Below, piece by piece: positions 50,956 to 60,928 of a stretch of DNA of 64,000 nt (positions are counted from its first letter, which is position 1; every line of letters starts with the position of its first letter). The DNA is from Fidelibacterota bacterium. GTDB lineage: Bacteria; Fidelibacterota; Marinisomatia; Marinisomatales; Marinisomataceae. The translations under genes were made by a program, and so were the position numbers. The DNA is taken from positions 905,551 through 969,550 of the forward strand of contig OZ243041.1 in the NCBI GenBank assembly GCA_965212055.1, in the 5' to 3' direction. Below the pieces are notes generated by a model. That model saw only the letters and a list, made by a program, of their open reading frames with translations. It was not told the DNA's origin and ran no database searches.

Positions 50956-51524
50956 TAAGCTTCTCCTATAATTTGTTTATTAAAACGATTTGATGTCAAT
51001 GCAGCGCCTTCTTTAATAATTGAAGACATTGCATCACAAGTAAATTCTAAAACCTGATTTATTGAAGATTGATATCGTTTATTAAATGGCTTTAATACAT
51101 AATTTTCTGATGGTCTTTTATAGTCATCGGCTGCTATGCCTATTCTTAACCTGGTAATTTCATCTGTATTTAAAGAATGAATTATTGATTTCATTCCATT
51201 ATGACAGCCATCACCACCACTTAATCTTAGTCTAATTTCTCCTAATGGTAAGTCTACGTCATCAAAAATGACCACTAAATCTTTCATGTCAGCTTTATAA
51301 AAGCTTAGAAGGTCGTGTATAATCGTTCCACTTTTATTCATTCCTGTTGTAGGTTTTACCAAGATATATTCATTGGCTTTTTTTGCAAAAATAAAGCTTC
51401 CTTTCCCTGCTTTAAATTCGAGGTTATGCTTTTTTGCAAACATATCTATTGCCCAAAATCCAATATTATGTTTTGTCTGAAGATATTTTTCTTCAGGATT
51501 ACCTAGACCAATAAAAATCAACAT
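50955..51524 (-). CDS. pth: peptidyl-tRNA hydrolase
   Basis: GLGNP, TKHNIG, MNKSG, DD, HNG, RLRIGI. Confidence 0.93.
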   Translation of the reverse strand: MLIFIGLGNPEEKYLQTKHNIGFWAIDMFAKKHNLEFKAGKGSFIFAKKANEYILVKPTTGMNKSGTIIHDLLSFYKADMKDLVVIFDDVDLPLGEIRLRLSGGDGCHNGMKSIIHSLNTDEITRLRIGIAADDYKRPSENYVLKPFNKRYQSSINQVLEFTCDAMSSIIKEGAALTSNRFNKQIIGEA

Positions 51525-52255
51525 TATTTTTGTTTGTCCTCTTTTGGTTTTTGATCTTTTCCGTCCTTAGTTTCTTCTTTTTTATCTTCTGAAGAATCTT
51601 CTTTTCCATCAACGCTTTCCTTGCCTTCTGCGCCTTCTGCGCCTTCTTCGCCTTCTTCGCCTTCTAGCAATTCTTCGTCTTCTAGTACTTCTTCTATTAC
51701 TTCCTCTTCCTTAGGTTCTTGAATAGAAACAACTGCAAGATCTTCAGCAGTTATTATTTCTACATCTGCAGCAAGCTCTATATCTTTTACAGAAAGACTA
51801 GAGTTCAATTCCAAATTAGTAACATCAATAATTAAAGCTTCTGGAACAGTCGTTGGCTTACATTGAACTGTAATAGTGTTTACAATCTGTACTAAAATAC
51901 CGCCAGCTTTAACCCCTTCTGCTTCGCCCTCAACCCTTAATGGTACTTCTAATGAAATTTTTTCGTCTTCTTTTACTTTTTGAAAATCAACATGCATAAT
52001 ATTATCATTTACAGGGTGATATTGCACGTCTTTGACAAGAACAAATTGATTTTCATCTTTAATTTCAACTTCAAAAATAACTTGACCAGTTTTTAAAGCT
52101 TTGTATAATTCTTTTTTATCAACAGACAGCGAAAGAGCATCTAGGCCTGAATGGTATAAAATAGCTGGGACTTGGTCTTTTAGTCTTATTCTTCTTGCAG
52201 AAGAAGTCCCTTTCTCATCACGGATAGCAACATTTAATTTTTCAAACTTACTCAT
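51524..52255 (-). CDS. rplY: 50S ribosomal protein L25/Ctc
   Basis: ARRIR..VPAILY, HVDF, GVKAGG, acidic tail; start trimmed to MSKFEKL. Confidence 0.93.
   Translation of the reverse strand: MSKFEKLNVAIRDEKGTSSARRIRLKDQVPAILYHSGLDALSLSVDKKELYKALKTGQVIFEVEIKDENQFVLVKDVQYHPVNDNIMHVDFQKVKEDEKISLEVPLRVEGEAEGVKAGGILVQIVNTITVQCKPTTVPEALIIDVTNLELNSSLSVKDIELAADVEIITAEDLAVVSIQEPKEEEVIEEVLEDEELLEGEEGEEGAEGAEGKESVDGKEDSSEDKKEETKDGKDQKPKEDKQK
51623..51665. repeat. 9-bp coding tandem repeat (about 4.8 copies)
   Basis: GCCTTCTGC x2, GCCTTCTTC x2, GCCTTCT; encodes EGEEGEEGAEGAEG in the L25 tail. Confidence 0.8.
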
Positions 52256-53213
52256 GATCCTCCCCAAATAATTCACTAACTGATTCTCCAGTATGAATTC
52301 TATTAATTGTTTCTGCAAAAATGCTTGCAGAAGATACAACTGTTAATTTTTTAAATCTTTTTTCTTTTGAGATTTTGACCGTATCTGAAAGAATAACTTT
52401 ATCAATGTCATCGCTAGACAGTCTTTTAACTGCATCTCCAGATAGCACTCCATGAGTTGCAGCAACAACAACAGATAGTGCCCCTTTTTCTCTAGCTACT
52501 TTGGCAGCATTGCTGATTGTTCCTGCAGTATCAATCATGTCGTCTATAATTAAAACATGTCTTGATTCAATGTCTCCCACAAGATAAGCAACTTCTGATT
52601 TATTGTGTGCACTTCTTCTCTTGTCAATCACTGCAAACCCTATTCCTAGTTGTTTGGCATATGATTGACTTAATTTGTTTGAACCAATGTCCGGCGATAA
52701 TACAACAGCTTTATTATCATCCTTAATATTATTAAAATGGGCTTGTAGCTCAGTCATTAAAACCAAGCGTCCATATAAATTATCAATTGGGATTCTTGAA
52801 AAGCCCTGTATTTGAGTTGAATGTAAATCCATTGTAATAATTCTATCAGCACCAGCAGCAGTAATTATATCAATCATTACTTTAGCAGAAATTGGCACCC
52901 GCGGTTCATCTTTTCGATCTTGTCTCGCATAACCTAAATAAGGAATCACTACACTGATATTTTCTGCGCTTGCTCTTTTTGCAGCATCTATAAGTAAAGC
53001 AAGTTCAATGATATGGTCTCCAGGAGGATTTGTGCTTTGAACAATATATATATCATTGCCTCTTAAGTTTTCTCCGTACTTTACCCAAATCTCTCCATCG
53101 CTAAACCTATTAATGGACAGTTTCCCAAGAGCATTGTTAGCTTCTTTCGCAATGCTATCTGCTAACTCTTGGTTGCTTGAGCCAGAAAATATTTTTTGTT
53201 TATATAGTCCCAT
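52248..53213 (-). CDS. prs: ribose-phosphate pyrophosphokinase
   Basis: FSDGEI, YARQDRK, DLH, DDMIDTAGT; start trimmed so it does not overlap the tRNA. Confidence 0.95.
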   Translation of the reverse strand: MGLYKQKIFSGSSNQELADSIAKEANNALGKLSINRFSDGEIWVKYGENLRGNDIYIVQSTNPPGDHIIELALLIDAAKRASAENISVVIPYLGYARQDRKDEPRVPISAKVMIDIITAAGADRIITMDLHSTQIQGFSRIPIDNLYGRLVLMTELQAHFNNIKDDNKAVVLSPDIGSNKLSQSYAKQLGIGFAVIDKRRSAHNKSEVAYLVGDIESRHVLIIDDMIDTAGTISNAAKVAREKGALSVVVAATHGVLSGDAVKRLSSDDIDKVILSDTVKISKEKRFKKLTVVSSASIFAETINRIHTGESVSELFGEDHE

Positions 53214-53235
53214 ATATTTTTCTTTTATTACCTTG

Positions 53236-53307
53236 TTGGGGAACAGGGACTCGAACCCCGACTGCATGGACCAAAACCATGTGTCCTGCCAATTAGACGA
53301 TTCCCCA
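53236..53307 (-). tRNA. tRNA-Gln (anticodon TTG), CCA not encoded
   Basis: TGGGGAA/TTCCCCA acceptor stem, CATGG-TTTTGGT-CCATG anticodon arm, GTTCGAGTC T-loop; conserved ispE-tRNA-Gln-prs synteny. Confidence 0.95.
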
Positions 53308-53309
53308 AA

Positions 53310-54140
53310 TTAAATTTTTGGATTTGTGACGATTGTAGAGAAATGGGGACTAAAAAATTGATGCGCTTTTAGTGCATCTTTTTTGTTTGAGAATATTCCA
53401 AACACAGTCGAACCACTACCCGACAAACTAGCATATTTTGCACCTAAATCCAAAATCGTTAATTTGATTTTGCCAATTTCTGGATGTGTTTTAAAAACGT
53501 ACACCTCAAAATCATTGTAAAATAACTCTGAACTTAAATCATAATTCTTAAGTTCATCCAACATTCCGGCAAACTTAATGTTGGTTTTATCTTTTAACAA
53601 ACACTTTTTATAGGCATTTTTTGTATCAATTTTTATATCGGGCATCACTAACAATATGTAAACTCCATTTAGGCTGCTTTTTATAGGCGACAAATCCCCA
53701 CCTGTCCCTTCACCAATTTGTAAACCTCCATTCACAAAAAATGGAGAATCTGCGCTAATTTTTTTTGATAACTCAATTAATTTATCATGGCCCATTTTTA
53801 AAGCAAACAATTCATTTATTCCCTTTAAAATGCTTGTTCCATTGCTTGAACCTCCGCCTAAACCTGCACCAGGTGGAATATTTTTAATAAGATTAATTTT
53901 TATATTAGAAATATTAGGAAATTTTTGTTTTGTTGCGCTAAATGCTTGTATACATGTATTATTTTTTTTGTCCAACCAATTAACGTTTGTTTCAAAAATA
54001 AAATCATCAGATTTTTCAATAGATATTTGATCACAAAAATCAATTTCTTGAAATACGGTAACTATATTGTGGTATTCGTCTTGCCTTTTATTTAAAATGT
54101 GAAGGCCAAGATTAATTTTTGCATAAGAATTAATTTCCAT
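53310..54140 (-). CDS. ispE: 4-diphosphocytidyl-2-C-methylerythritol kinase
   Basis: AKINLGL, KNIPPGAGLGGGSSN, LSGSGSTVF. Confidence 0.93.
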   Translation of the reverse strand: MEINSYAKINLGLHILNKRQDEYHNIVTVFQEIDFCDQISIEKSDDFIFETNVNWLDKKNNTCIQAFSATKQKFPNISNIKINLIKNIPPGAGLGGGSSNGTSILKGINELFALKMGHDKLIELSKKISADSPFFVNGGLQIGEGTGGDLSPIKSSLNGVYILLVMPDIKIDTKNAYKKCLLKDKTNIKFAGMLDELKNYDLSSELFYNDFEVYVFKTHPEIGKIKLTILDLGAKYASLSGSGSTVFGIFSNKKDALKAHQFFSPHFSTIVTNPKI

Positions 54141-54603
54141 CATCAATCATTAAAATTGCTTGAGCTCCCCAACCATTGGACATATCAACAAATCCCAAAT
54201 TGTTTGTTGTGGTACCTTTAACGGAGATGCTATCTATGCTAACGTTCAAAGCTTTCGACAAAGATTCTTTAATAGCATTTTTATAAGGAGAAATCTTTGG
54301 GGAGTTAAGAACAATAGATGTATCAATATTGATTATTTTTGTGTTTTCTGGCATTTTTTGAACTACTTTTTTTAACAGCTTAATGCTAGAAATATTTAAA
54401 TATTCGGAAGTATTCGGGAAATTTTCTCCTATATCTCCTAAGTTTAGTGCACCTAATAAAGCATCAATAATTGCGTGCGTTAAAACGTCTCCGTCTGAAT
54501 GGGCTTGAGAAGAAAATTCACACTCTATTCTATGCCCACCTACAATAAGATGGTCCCCTTTGATTAGGGAATGAAAATCAACTCCTATACCGACTTTATT
54601 CAT
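54130..54603 (-). CDS. ispF: MEcPP synthase
   Basis: GIGVDFH, HSDGDVLTHAIIDALLG, GDIG. Confidence 0.93.
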   Translation of the reverse strand: MNKVGIGVDFHSLIKGDHLIVGGHRIECEFSSQAHSDGDVLTHAIIDALLGALNLGDIGENFPNTSEYLNISSIKLLKKVVQKMPENTKIINIDTSIVLNSPKISPYKNAIKESLSKALNVSIDSISVKGTTTNNLGFVDMSNGWGAQAILMIDDGN

Positions 54604-55258
54604 TTGATAATAGTTGCTTAACTAATTCTAAGTCTTTTTTTTCAGTGATTTTAATGTTTTTATTAACACTATTAATTGCTTGAATATTGTATCCATTAGA
54701 TTCTAATAAGCTTGCTTCGTCTGTAAAATGGTCAAAGCGATTATTATAACAACTTCTTAATGTTTTTAAACAAAATGCTTGCGGTGTTTGAGAAAGCCAC
54801 ATATTAGTACGATTTACAGTTTCAATTACTTTACCGTTATTGATTTTTTTTAATGTTTCATTAATTTTCTCACCAACAATACACCCACCATTTTCTATAC
54901 AATTTAATAATACATTTTCAATGTCTGTCTTTTGGATTAATGGACGCACTGCATCATGAATACAAACCTTATCACAAGAATCATCAATCATTCGTATTGC
55001 ATTATAAACAGATTGGGCTCTTGTATTTCCTCCTTTACATAAAAATATTGGTTTATTGTTTTGATAAGACCTTAGGTCTTCCTCTATTGAATTATATATT
55101 TCTTGTGTAACCACCAAATAAATAGATTGAATTAGGTCAGTAACATTAAATACATCCAAAGAATATTGATAAACTTTTTTATTGAGAAGAGTTTCGGTTT
55201 GTTTATAAGAACCATATCTTTCTCCTTTGCCTGCAGCAACTATAATACCAGCATTCAT
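54596..55258 (-). CDS. ispD: MEP cytidylyltransferase
   Basis: AAGKGERYG..KQ, GGNTRAQSV, IHDAVRP, QTPQAF, TDEAS, NIKIT. Confidence 0.93.
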   Translation of the reverse strand: MNAGIIVAAGKGERYGSYKQTETLLNKKVYQYSLDVFNVTDLIQSIYLVVTQEIYNSIEEDLRSYQNNKPIFLCKGGNTRAQSVYNAIRMIDDSCDKVCIHDAVRPLIQKTDIENVLLNCIENGGCIVGEKINETLKKINNGKVIETVNRTNMWLSQTPQAFCLKTLRSCYNNRFDHFTDEASLLESNGYNIQAINSVNKNIKITEKKDLELVKQLLSNE

Positions 55259-55261
55259 AGT

Positions 55262-56314
55262 TTATATAATTAACATGCTATCACCGTAACTAAGAAAGCC
55301 GTAATTTTTCTTTTTAGCTTCTTTATATGCTAATTTAATAAAATCATAGTCCGCGAAAGCTGAAATAAGCATTAAAAGCGTGCTTTCTGGTGAATGAAAA
55401 TTTGTTATTAATCCATTTACAATTTTAAAATCATACGGAGGATGAATAAATTTATTTGTCCATCCTTTTTTAGGAGAAATCAAAAATCCAGAAACATTCA
55501 CAGTTTCTAATGCGCGAACCGTGGAAGTTCCAACTGCAAAAATTCGTCTTTTCTTTCTTTTTGCTTCATTGATAGCTAAAGCAGTGTCAGGATTAACTTC
55601 AAAATATTCTGAATCCATATGATGTCTATTTAAGTCTTCAACTTGGACGGGTTTAAAGGTCCCTAAACCGATATGCAGGGTAACGGTGTGGATTCTAACG
55701 CCTTTTTTTCGAAGTTGTTTTAATATTTTATCAGTAAAGTGTAATCCAGCTGTAGGCGCAGCAACAGCTCCTCTTTTTTCTGCATACACAGTTTGATATC
55801 TTTCACGATCTTTTTTTGTTGCATCTCTTTTAATATATGGTGGCAATGGAGGGTGTCCAATTGTATTTAAAATTTTATCAAAATCTTCTTCTCCATACTC
55901 AAACCTGACAACTCTCCCTCCCGAAACAGTGTTGTCTATAACATCACAAAATAAATTTTTAGAAAGAATTAATTTATTTCCGATTCTTACTTTTCTAGCA
56001 GGCTTAACTAATACTTCCCACAACCTATCTCCTAATTCTCTTAAAAGAAAAATTTCTACTTTTGCATCAGTTCTGTCTTTTGTTGCAAACAAGCGAGCTG
56101 GGAATACTTTGGTATCATTAATAATAAGCAAATCGTTTTTTTGAAAATAATCCACAATATTTACAAATTTTTTATGGGCTATAGTTCTATCTTCTCGATT
56201 TAAAACCATCATTTTAGAATTTTCTCTTTTTGGCTTTGGTTTTTGTGAAATATATTTTTTTGGTAATTGATATTTAAAGTCAGATAATTTATATTTTTTC
56301 TTTTTTTCAATCAT
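55262..56314 (-). CDS. queA: S-adenosylmethionine:tRNA ribosyltransferase-isomerase
   Basis: NDTKVFPAR, PLPPYI, AAPTAGLHF, TNFH, SYGDSM. Confidence 0.96.
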   Translation of the reverse strand: MIEKKKKYKLSDFKYQLPKKYISQKPKPKRENSKMMVLNREDRTIAHKKFVNIVDYFQKNDLLIINDTKVFPARLFATKDRTDAKVEIFLLRELGDRLWEVLVKPARKVRIGNKLILSKNLFCDVIDNTVSGGRVVRFEYGEEDFDKILNTIGHPPLPPYIKRDATKKDRERYQTVYAEKRGAVAAPTAGLHFTDKILKQLRKKGVRIHTVTLHIGLGTFKPVQVEDLNRHHMDSEYFEVNPDTALAINEAKRKKRRIFAVGTSTVRALETVNVSGFLISPKKGWTNKFIHPPYDFKIVNGLITNFHSPESTLLMLISAFADYDFIKLAYKEAKKKNYGFLSYGDSMLII

Positions 56315-57320
56315 TAAATAAGTTCTCCTGTTTTTTTATATTAAATAGCTTATAGGCTCGCTCTGTAGCTTTTCTTCCTCTTGAAGTTCTCTCAATAAAT
56401 CCTTCTTTAATTAAATATGGTTCATAAACATCTTCTATGGTTTGTAAGTCTTCGTTAACAGAAATAGCTAAAGATTTTCCACCAGTTGGTCCACCATTAA
56501 ATTTTGAAATTAGATTTTTTAAAATTTTTCGATCCATTTCTTCAAGACCATTTTTATCAATACCAATATTGTCTAATGATTCTATGGCTTGATTGATAGT
56601 AATTTTTTTGCTTCTTTGAACTTGAGCAAAATCTCTAACTCTTTTTAAGATTCTGTTTGCAACTCGTGGGGTTCCACGCGACCTAAGAGCAATTTCATGA
56701 AGCGCGTCTTTATCGACGGTAACATTCAAAATTTTTGCAGTACGTTTTAATACTTGAAAAATTTCATTAGTTTTATAGTATTCTAAACGAAAAATTGCGC
56801 CAAATCGATCGCGCATTGGCGTGGTAATTTTTCCAAGCCTAGTAGTTGCACCAACCAACGTAAACGGTTCTAGATCAATTCTTACAGTTCTAGCGTTTGG
56901 GCCTGAATCAATTAAAATATCTATACGATAATCTTCCATTGCAGAATATAAATACTCTTCAACGGTTGTATTAATTCTATGAATTTCATCAATAAAAAAA
57001 ACATCTCTATCTTGTAAGTTGGTTAGCAGGCCTGATAAATCGCCTGGAATAGATATAACCGGTCCAGAAGAGCTAGAAAATCCTTTTTTTAGCTCATTAG
57101 CAATAATATTTGCTAATGTAGTTTTTCCTAGGCCTGGCGGTCCATAAAGAAGAATGTGGTCTAGCGATTCATGTCTTTCTTCTGCAGCAATAATATAGGT
57201 TTTAAGCGATTTAACTAAAGATTCTTGACCAATAAATTCCTTAAAAAGTTTTGGTCGAATTTGTTTATCAAAGTTGCGTTCTTCTTTGGACGAAATAACT
57301 ATTTTTTCTTCACTTGACAC
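56307..57320 (-). CDS. ruvB: Holliday junction branch migration helicase RuvB
   Basis: GPPGLGKTT, FIDEIHR, GATTR, RGTPR, YEPYL. Confidence 0.96.
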   Translation of the reverse strand: MSSEEKIVISSKEERNFDKQIRPKLFKEFIGQESLVKSLKTYIIAAEERHESLDHILLYGPPGLGKTTLANIIANELKKGFSSSSGPVISIPGDLSGLLTNLQDRDVFFIDEIHRINTTVEEYLYSAMEDYRIDILIDSGPNARTVRIDLEPFTLVGATTRLGKITTPMRDRFGAIFRLEYYKTNEIFQVLKRTAKILNVTVDKDALHEIALRSRGTPRVANRILKRVRDFAQVQRSKKITINQAIESLDNIGIDKNGLEEMDRKILKNLISKFNGGPTGGKSLAISVNEDLQTIEDVYEPYLIKEGFIERTSRGRKATERAYKLFNIKKQENLFND

Positions 57321-57361
57321 TACACAGTAAGATAATTAGAGAAACATGGTTATCCAAAAAA

Positions 57362-60175
57362 TTATTTAAATATTTTTTTTAAGTATTTTCCTGTAATAGA
57401 ATTTTTATCTTTTAAAATTTCTTTTGGAGTCCCTTGTGCTATAACCTGCCCACCTGCCTCTCCTCCTTCAGGTCCCAAATCAATAATCCAGTCGGCACAT
57501 TTAATTACATCAAGATTATGTTCAATAACAATAATAGTATTTCCGTTTGAAACTAGTTTTTGCAAGACAGATAATAACATTTTTATATCGTCAAGATGCA
57601 AGCCTGTGGTGGGTTCATCTAAAAAATAAACGGTATTTTTCGTTGCAGTTTTTGACAACTCAGTTGATAGTTTTACTCTTTGTGCTTCTCCTCCCGACAA
57701 TGTCGTAGCTTGTTGTCCTAATTTGATATAACCAAGGCCAACATCAGATAAAGTATCTAGTCGTTTTTTTATTGGAAATACATTTTTAAAAAATTCTCTC
57801 GCTTCTTCAACAGAAAGCGATAATACTTCAGCAATATTTAAACCTTTAAATTGAATTTCCAAAGTTTCTTCATTATATCTCTTCCCGCCACAGTCTTCAC
57901 AGGTGACATAAACATCAGGCAAAAAATTCATTTCTATTTTTTTAATCCCAGCTCCTTCACAAACTTCACAACGACCTCCTTTAACATTAAAAGAAAATCG
58001 ACCAGGTTTATATCCTTTAATTTTAGAAGCTCTTGTTTGTGAAAACAGTTCTCTTATATACGTAAAAACACCAGTATAGGTTGCAGGATTGGATCTAGGG
58101 GTTTTACCAATTGGTTTTTGATCAACGCTAATAACCCTTTCAATACGGTCAGTTCTAAGGAGGGTTTTAAACGGAAGCATTTCTTTGGTGCCAAAATTTA
58201 TACGATTTGATAGCGCAGGATATAGCGTTTGATTAATTAAAGAACTTTTTCCGCTTCCAGATACTCCTGTGATAGCTATAAATCTGTTATAAGGAAAACT
58301 AACGTCAATATTTTTTAGATTATTGCCTTGTGCTCCTTTTATTGTAAAATGATCATATGTCACGGTTCTAAATTTTGGTATTTTAATATATTTTTTTCCA
58401 GACATATATTGACCAGTAAGCGTATTATTTTTTGCTATCATTTCATCTAACGTTCCAGAAAACACTATTTTTCCACCATGTTTGCCTGCTTTTGGGCCCA
58501 TATCAATAATTTGATCTGCTGACTTAATTGTGCTTAAATCGTGCTCAACAACAATAACTGTATTGCCTATTTCCCTCAGAGATTTAAGTGTTTTTAAAAG
58601 TCGATTATTATCTCTTGGATGCAAACCAATAGATGGTTCATCTAATACATATAATACTCCGGTTAGTTGTGATCCAACCTGAGAAGCAAGACGTATTCGT
58701 TGCGCTTCTCCGCCGGACAAAGTGCGAGACGCTCTATCTAAGGTCAAATAACCAAGGCCAACATTGGTTAAAAATGTTAGTCGTTTTTTTATTTCTTTTA
58801 GAATGCCTTTTGCAATTTCTTGATCGTTTTTTGAAATAGAAATTTTATTAAAAAATTTGAGGGTTTCTTCGATATTTTTTGTACATAAGTTGCCAATATT
58901 ATGATTGCTAACTGTGACATTGAGCGATGATTTTTTTAATCTTTTTCCTTCACAGTTATCACATTTTCTAGTACTCATAAAGCTTTCAATCCATTTTCTT
59001 ATACCAAAAGAACGGGTTTGTTTGTAGCGACGCTGAAGCTCGGGGATTATTCCTTCCCACTTGCCACTATAGGTACCAGACCATTTTTTGTTTTTAAGGT
59101 TAATATCAATGTTTTGTCCTTTCAAACCATATAAAAGAATTGTTCTGACCTCTTTGCTTAGTTTGTTCCATGGAGATGAAAAAGATAAAGAATAAATTCT
59201 GCTTAGCGCTCTTAATTTTGCACCATGCCACCCCTTTGGTTGGCTTCCGATAGGAACAATAGCTTCTTGTATTAATGATTTTTTTATATCTGGAATAATA
59301 AGATTAGGGTCAACTTCTGTTATATAGCCCAAACCATCACACTGATTACAGGCTCCATATGGAGAGTTAAATGAAAACATGCGAGGAACAAGGTCAGATA
59401 GGCTAACATACGGGTGGTATGGACAAGCAAAATGTTCACTAAACAAGATATCTTTTTCTCCTTCAATATTAATAATACAGATTCCTGCGCCCATTTTTAA
59501 TGACAATTCAACAGACTCCAACAGTCTAGATTTAATATCTTGATGAATAACAACACGATCTATAACAGCATCAATATTATGGGTTTTATTTTTTTCAAGG
59601 TTTTGTTCTGTTCTTAATGATATAATTTTTTCATCAATCCTTGCTCTTAAAAACCCTTTTTTCTTTATGTCCTCCAAGACTGCTTTGTGTTGTCCTTTTC
59701 TTCCCTGAATAATTGGAGAAAGGATATAGGCTTTTTTATCAGAATTAATGGTTAAAATCTGATCTACAATTTGTTCTGGGCTTTGCTTATCAATTGGTTC
59801 TTTACACTCCCAACAATGCGGTTTTCCAACGCTAGCATAAAGAAGTCGTAAATAATCATGGATCTCAGTAATGGTTCCAACCGTTGATCTCGGATTGCGT
59901 GAACCTGTTTTTTGTTCAATAGAGATGGCAGGTGAAAGCCCTTCAATAACATCAACATCAGGTTTTTCCATTAAATCCAAAAACTGCCTAGCATATGCAG
60001 ACAGAGACTCAACGTATCTTCTCTGTCCTTCGGCATAGATGGTATCAAACGCTAATGAAGATTTTCCTGAACCAGAAGGCCCTGTAATTACAACCAACTT
60101 ATTTTTTGCAATATCAACACTGACATCTTTTAAGTTGTGCTGTCTTGCGCCTTTAATTGATAAAATATTTTTCAT
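57362..60175 (-). CDS. uvrA: excinuclease ABC subunit A
   Basis: Two ABC cassettes (GSGKSS, LSGGEAQR, DEP) and zinc modules; start MKNILSIKGAR. Confidence 0.97.
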   Translation of the reverse strand: MKNILSIKGARQHNLKDVSVDIAKNKLVVITGPSGSGKSSLAFDTIYAEGQRRYVESLSAYARQFLDLMEKPDVDVIEGLSPAISIEQKTGSRNPRSTVGTITEIHDYLRLLYASVGKPHCWECKEPIDKQSPEQIVDQILTINSDKKAYILSPIIQGRKGQHKAVLEDIKKKGFLRARIDEKIISLRTEQNLEKNKTHNIDAVIDRVVIHQDIKSRLLESVELSLKMGAGICIINIEGEKDILFSEHFACPYHPYVSLSDLVPRMFSFNSPYGACNQCDGLGYITEVDPNLIIPDIKKSLIQEAIVPIGSQPKGWHGAKLRALSRIYSLSFSSPWNKLSKEVRTILLYGLKGQNIDINLKNKKWSGTYSGKWEGIIPELQRRYKQTRSFGIRKWIESFMSTRKCDNCEGKRLKKSSLNVTVSNHNIGNLCTKNIEETLKFFNKISISKNDQEIAKGILKEIKKRLTFLTNVGLGYLTLDRASRTLSGGEAQRIRLASQVGSQLTGVLYVLDEPSIGLHPRDNNRLLKTLKSLREIGNTVIVVEHDLSTIKSADQIIDMGPKAGKHGGKIVFSGTLDEMIAKNNTLTGQYMSGKKYIKIPKFRTVTYDHFTIKGAQGNNLKNIDVSFPYNRFIAITGVSGSGKSSLINQTLYPALSNRINFGTKEMLPFKTLLRTDRIERVISVDQKPIGKTPRSNPATYTGVFTYIRELFSQTRASKIKGYKPGRFSFNVKGGRCEVCEGAGIKKIEMNFLPDVYVTCEDCGGKRYNEETLEIQFKGLNIAEVLSLSVEEAREFFKNVFPIKKRLDTLSDVGLGYIKLGQQATTLSGGEAQRVKLSTELSKTATKNTVYFLDEPTTGLHLDDIKMLLSVLQKLVSNGNTIIVIEHNLDVIKCADWIIDLGPEGGEAGGQVIAQGTPKEILKDKNSITGKYLKKIFK

Positions 60176-60248
60176 ACTATAAAAAGAGTTAACCTTCAAT
60201 TTAGTTAAGTCTGGACATCATTCAAAAAAGGATTTATGTTTGTATATA

Positions 60249-60800
60249 ATGTATACATTGAAGAACAAACTCCTAGTTTCAATGCCAAATATGACAGATC
60301 CTTATTTTTCAAAAAGTGTTATTTTTATTTGCGAGTACAACAGCAGTGGCGCAGTAGGATTTATTATCAATAAACCGGTCAATACAATGAAAATTATTAG
60401 CTCAGGTATAAAAGACAAATTTTTTAAAGACTTGCTTTCCCAATCAAAAAAAATTTATTTTGGTGGTCCTGTTTCTATTCATGAAGCATGTATTCTTAGC
60501 GATAAAAATACAAAAGAAGCATTGCTTGACATGTCAGCAAAAATCAAGCTATCTCATGATCTTGAATTAATTAAAAAAATTTTATTTGAAAAAAAAGGGC
60601 CAGATAACACAAAACTTATCTTTGGTCATTCTGCGTGGGACAAAAGCCAACTAGACAATGAAATTAAAAACGGTGACTGGTTAATATATGATACACCAGA
60701 AATAATTTTTGACAAAAACCCAACAACGCTTTGGATAGAGCTAATCAAATCTGTCGGTTTTGATAAATTCAAAATAACAGGTATGAGCGGCATATCATGA
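60249..60800 (+). CDS. YqgE/AlgH (DUF179) family protein
   Basis: DPYFSKSVI, GFIINKP, GGPV, GHSAW..QL..EI..GDW. Confidence 0.9.
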   Translation: MYTLKNKLLVSMPNMTDPYFSKSVIFICEYNSSGAVGFIINKPVNTMKIISSGIKDKFFKDLLSQSKKIYFGGPVSIHEACILSDKNTKEALLDMSAKIKLSHDLELIKKILFEKKGPDNTKLIFGHSAWDKSQLDNEIKNGDWLIYDTPEIIFDKNPTTLWIELIKSVGFDKFKITGMSGIS

Positions 60801-60916
60801 GCAGAAGAATTAATAAGCTTAATAATGGACTATTGTTGGTAATAAATGGCTTTGGGCTTATTAAAAAAGGATTTGGGCTTATTAAAAAAGACTTATTTAG
60901 ACGTTCAAAAAAATAA
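60797..60916 (+). CDS. putative 39-aa cationic small ORF
   Basis: ATGA overlap with the yqgE stop; MSRRINKLNNGLLLVINGFGLIKKGFGLIKKDLFRRSKK. Confidence 0.3.
   Translation: MSRRINKLNNGLLLVINGFGLIKKGFGLIKKDLFRRSKK
60848..60889 (+). repeat. 21-bp tandem duplication
   Basis: GGCTTTGGGCTTATTAAAAAA followed by GGATTTGGGCTTATTAAAAAA (one mismatch). Confidence 0.85.
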
Positions 60917-60928
60917 TATATTCTCCTC

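Noticed and set aside
51623..51665. 9-bp repeat as a contingency locus
   Set aside because: In-frame low-complexity acidic tail typical of Ctc-type L25.
53214..53267. N-terminal extension of prs in the ORF track
   Set aside because: It runs through tRNA-Gln; the real start is ATG 53213.
53236..53307. tRNA-Gln as an integration site
   Set aside because: No integrase or duplicated 3' end was seen, and the ispE-tRNA-prs synteny is intact.
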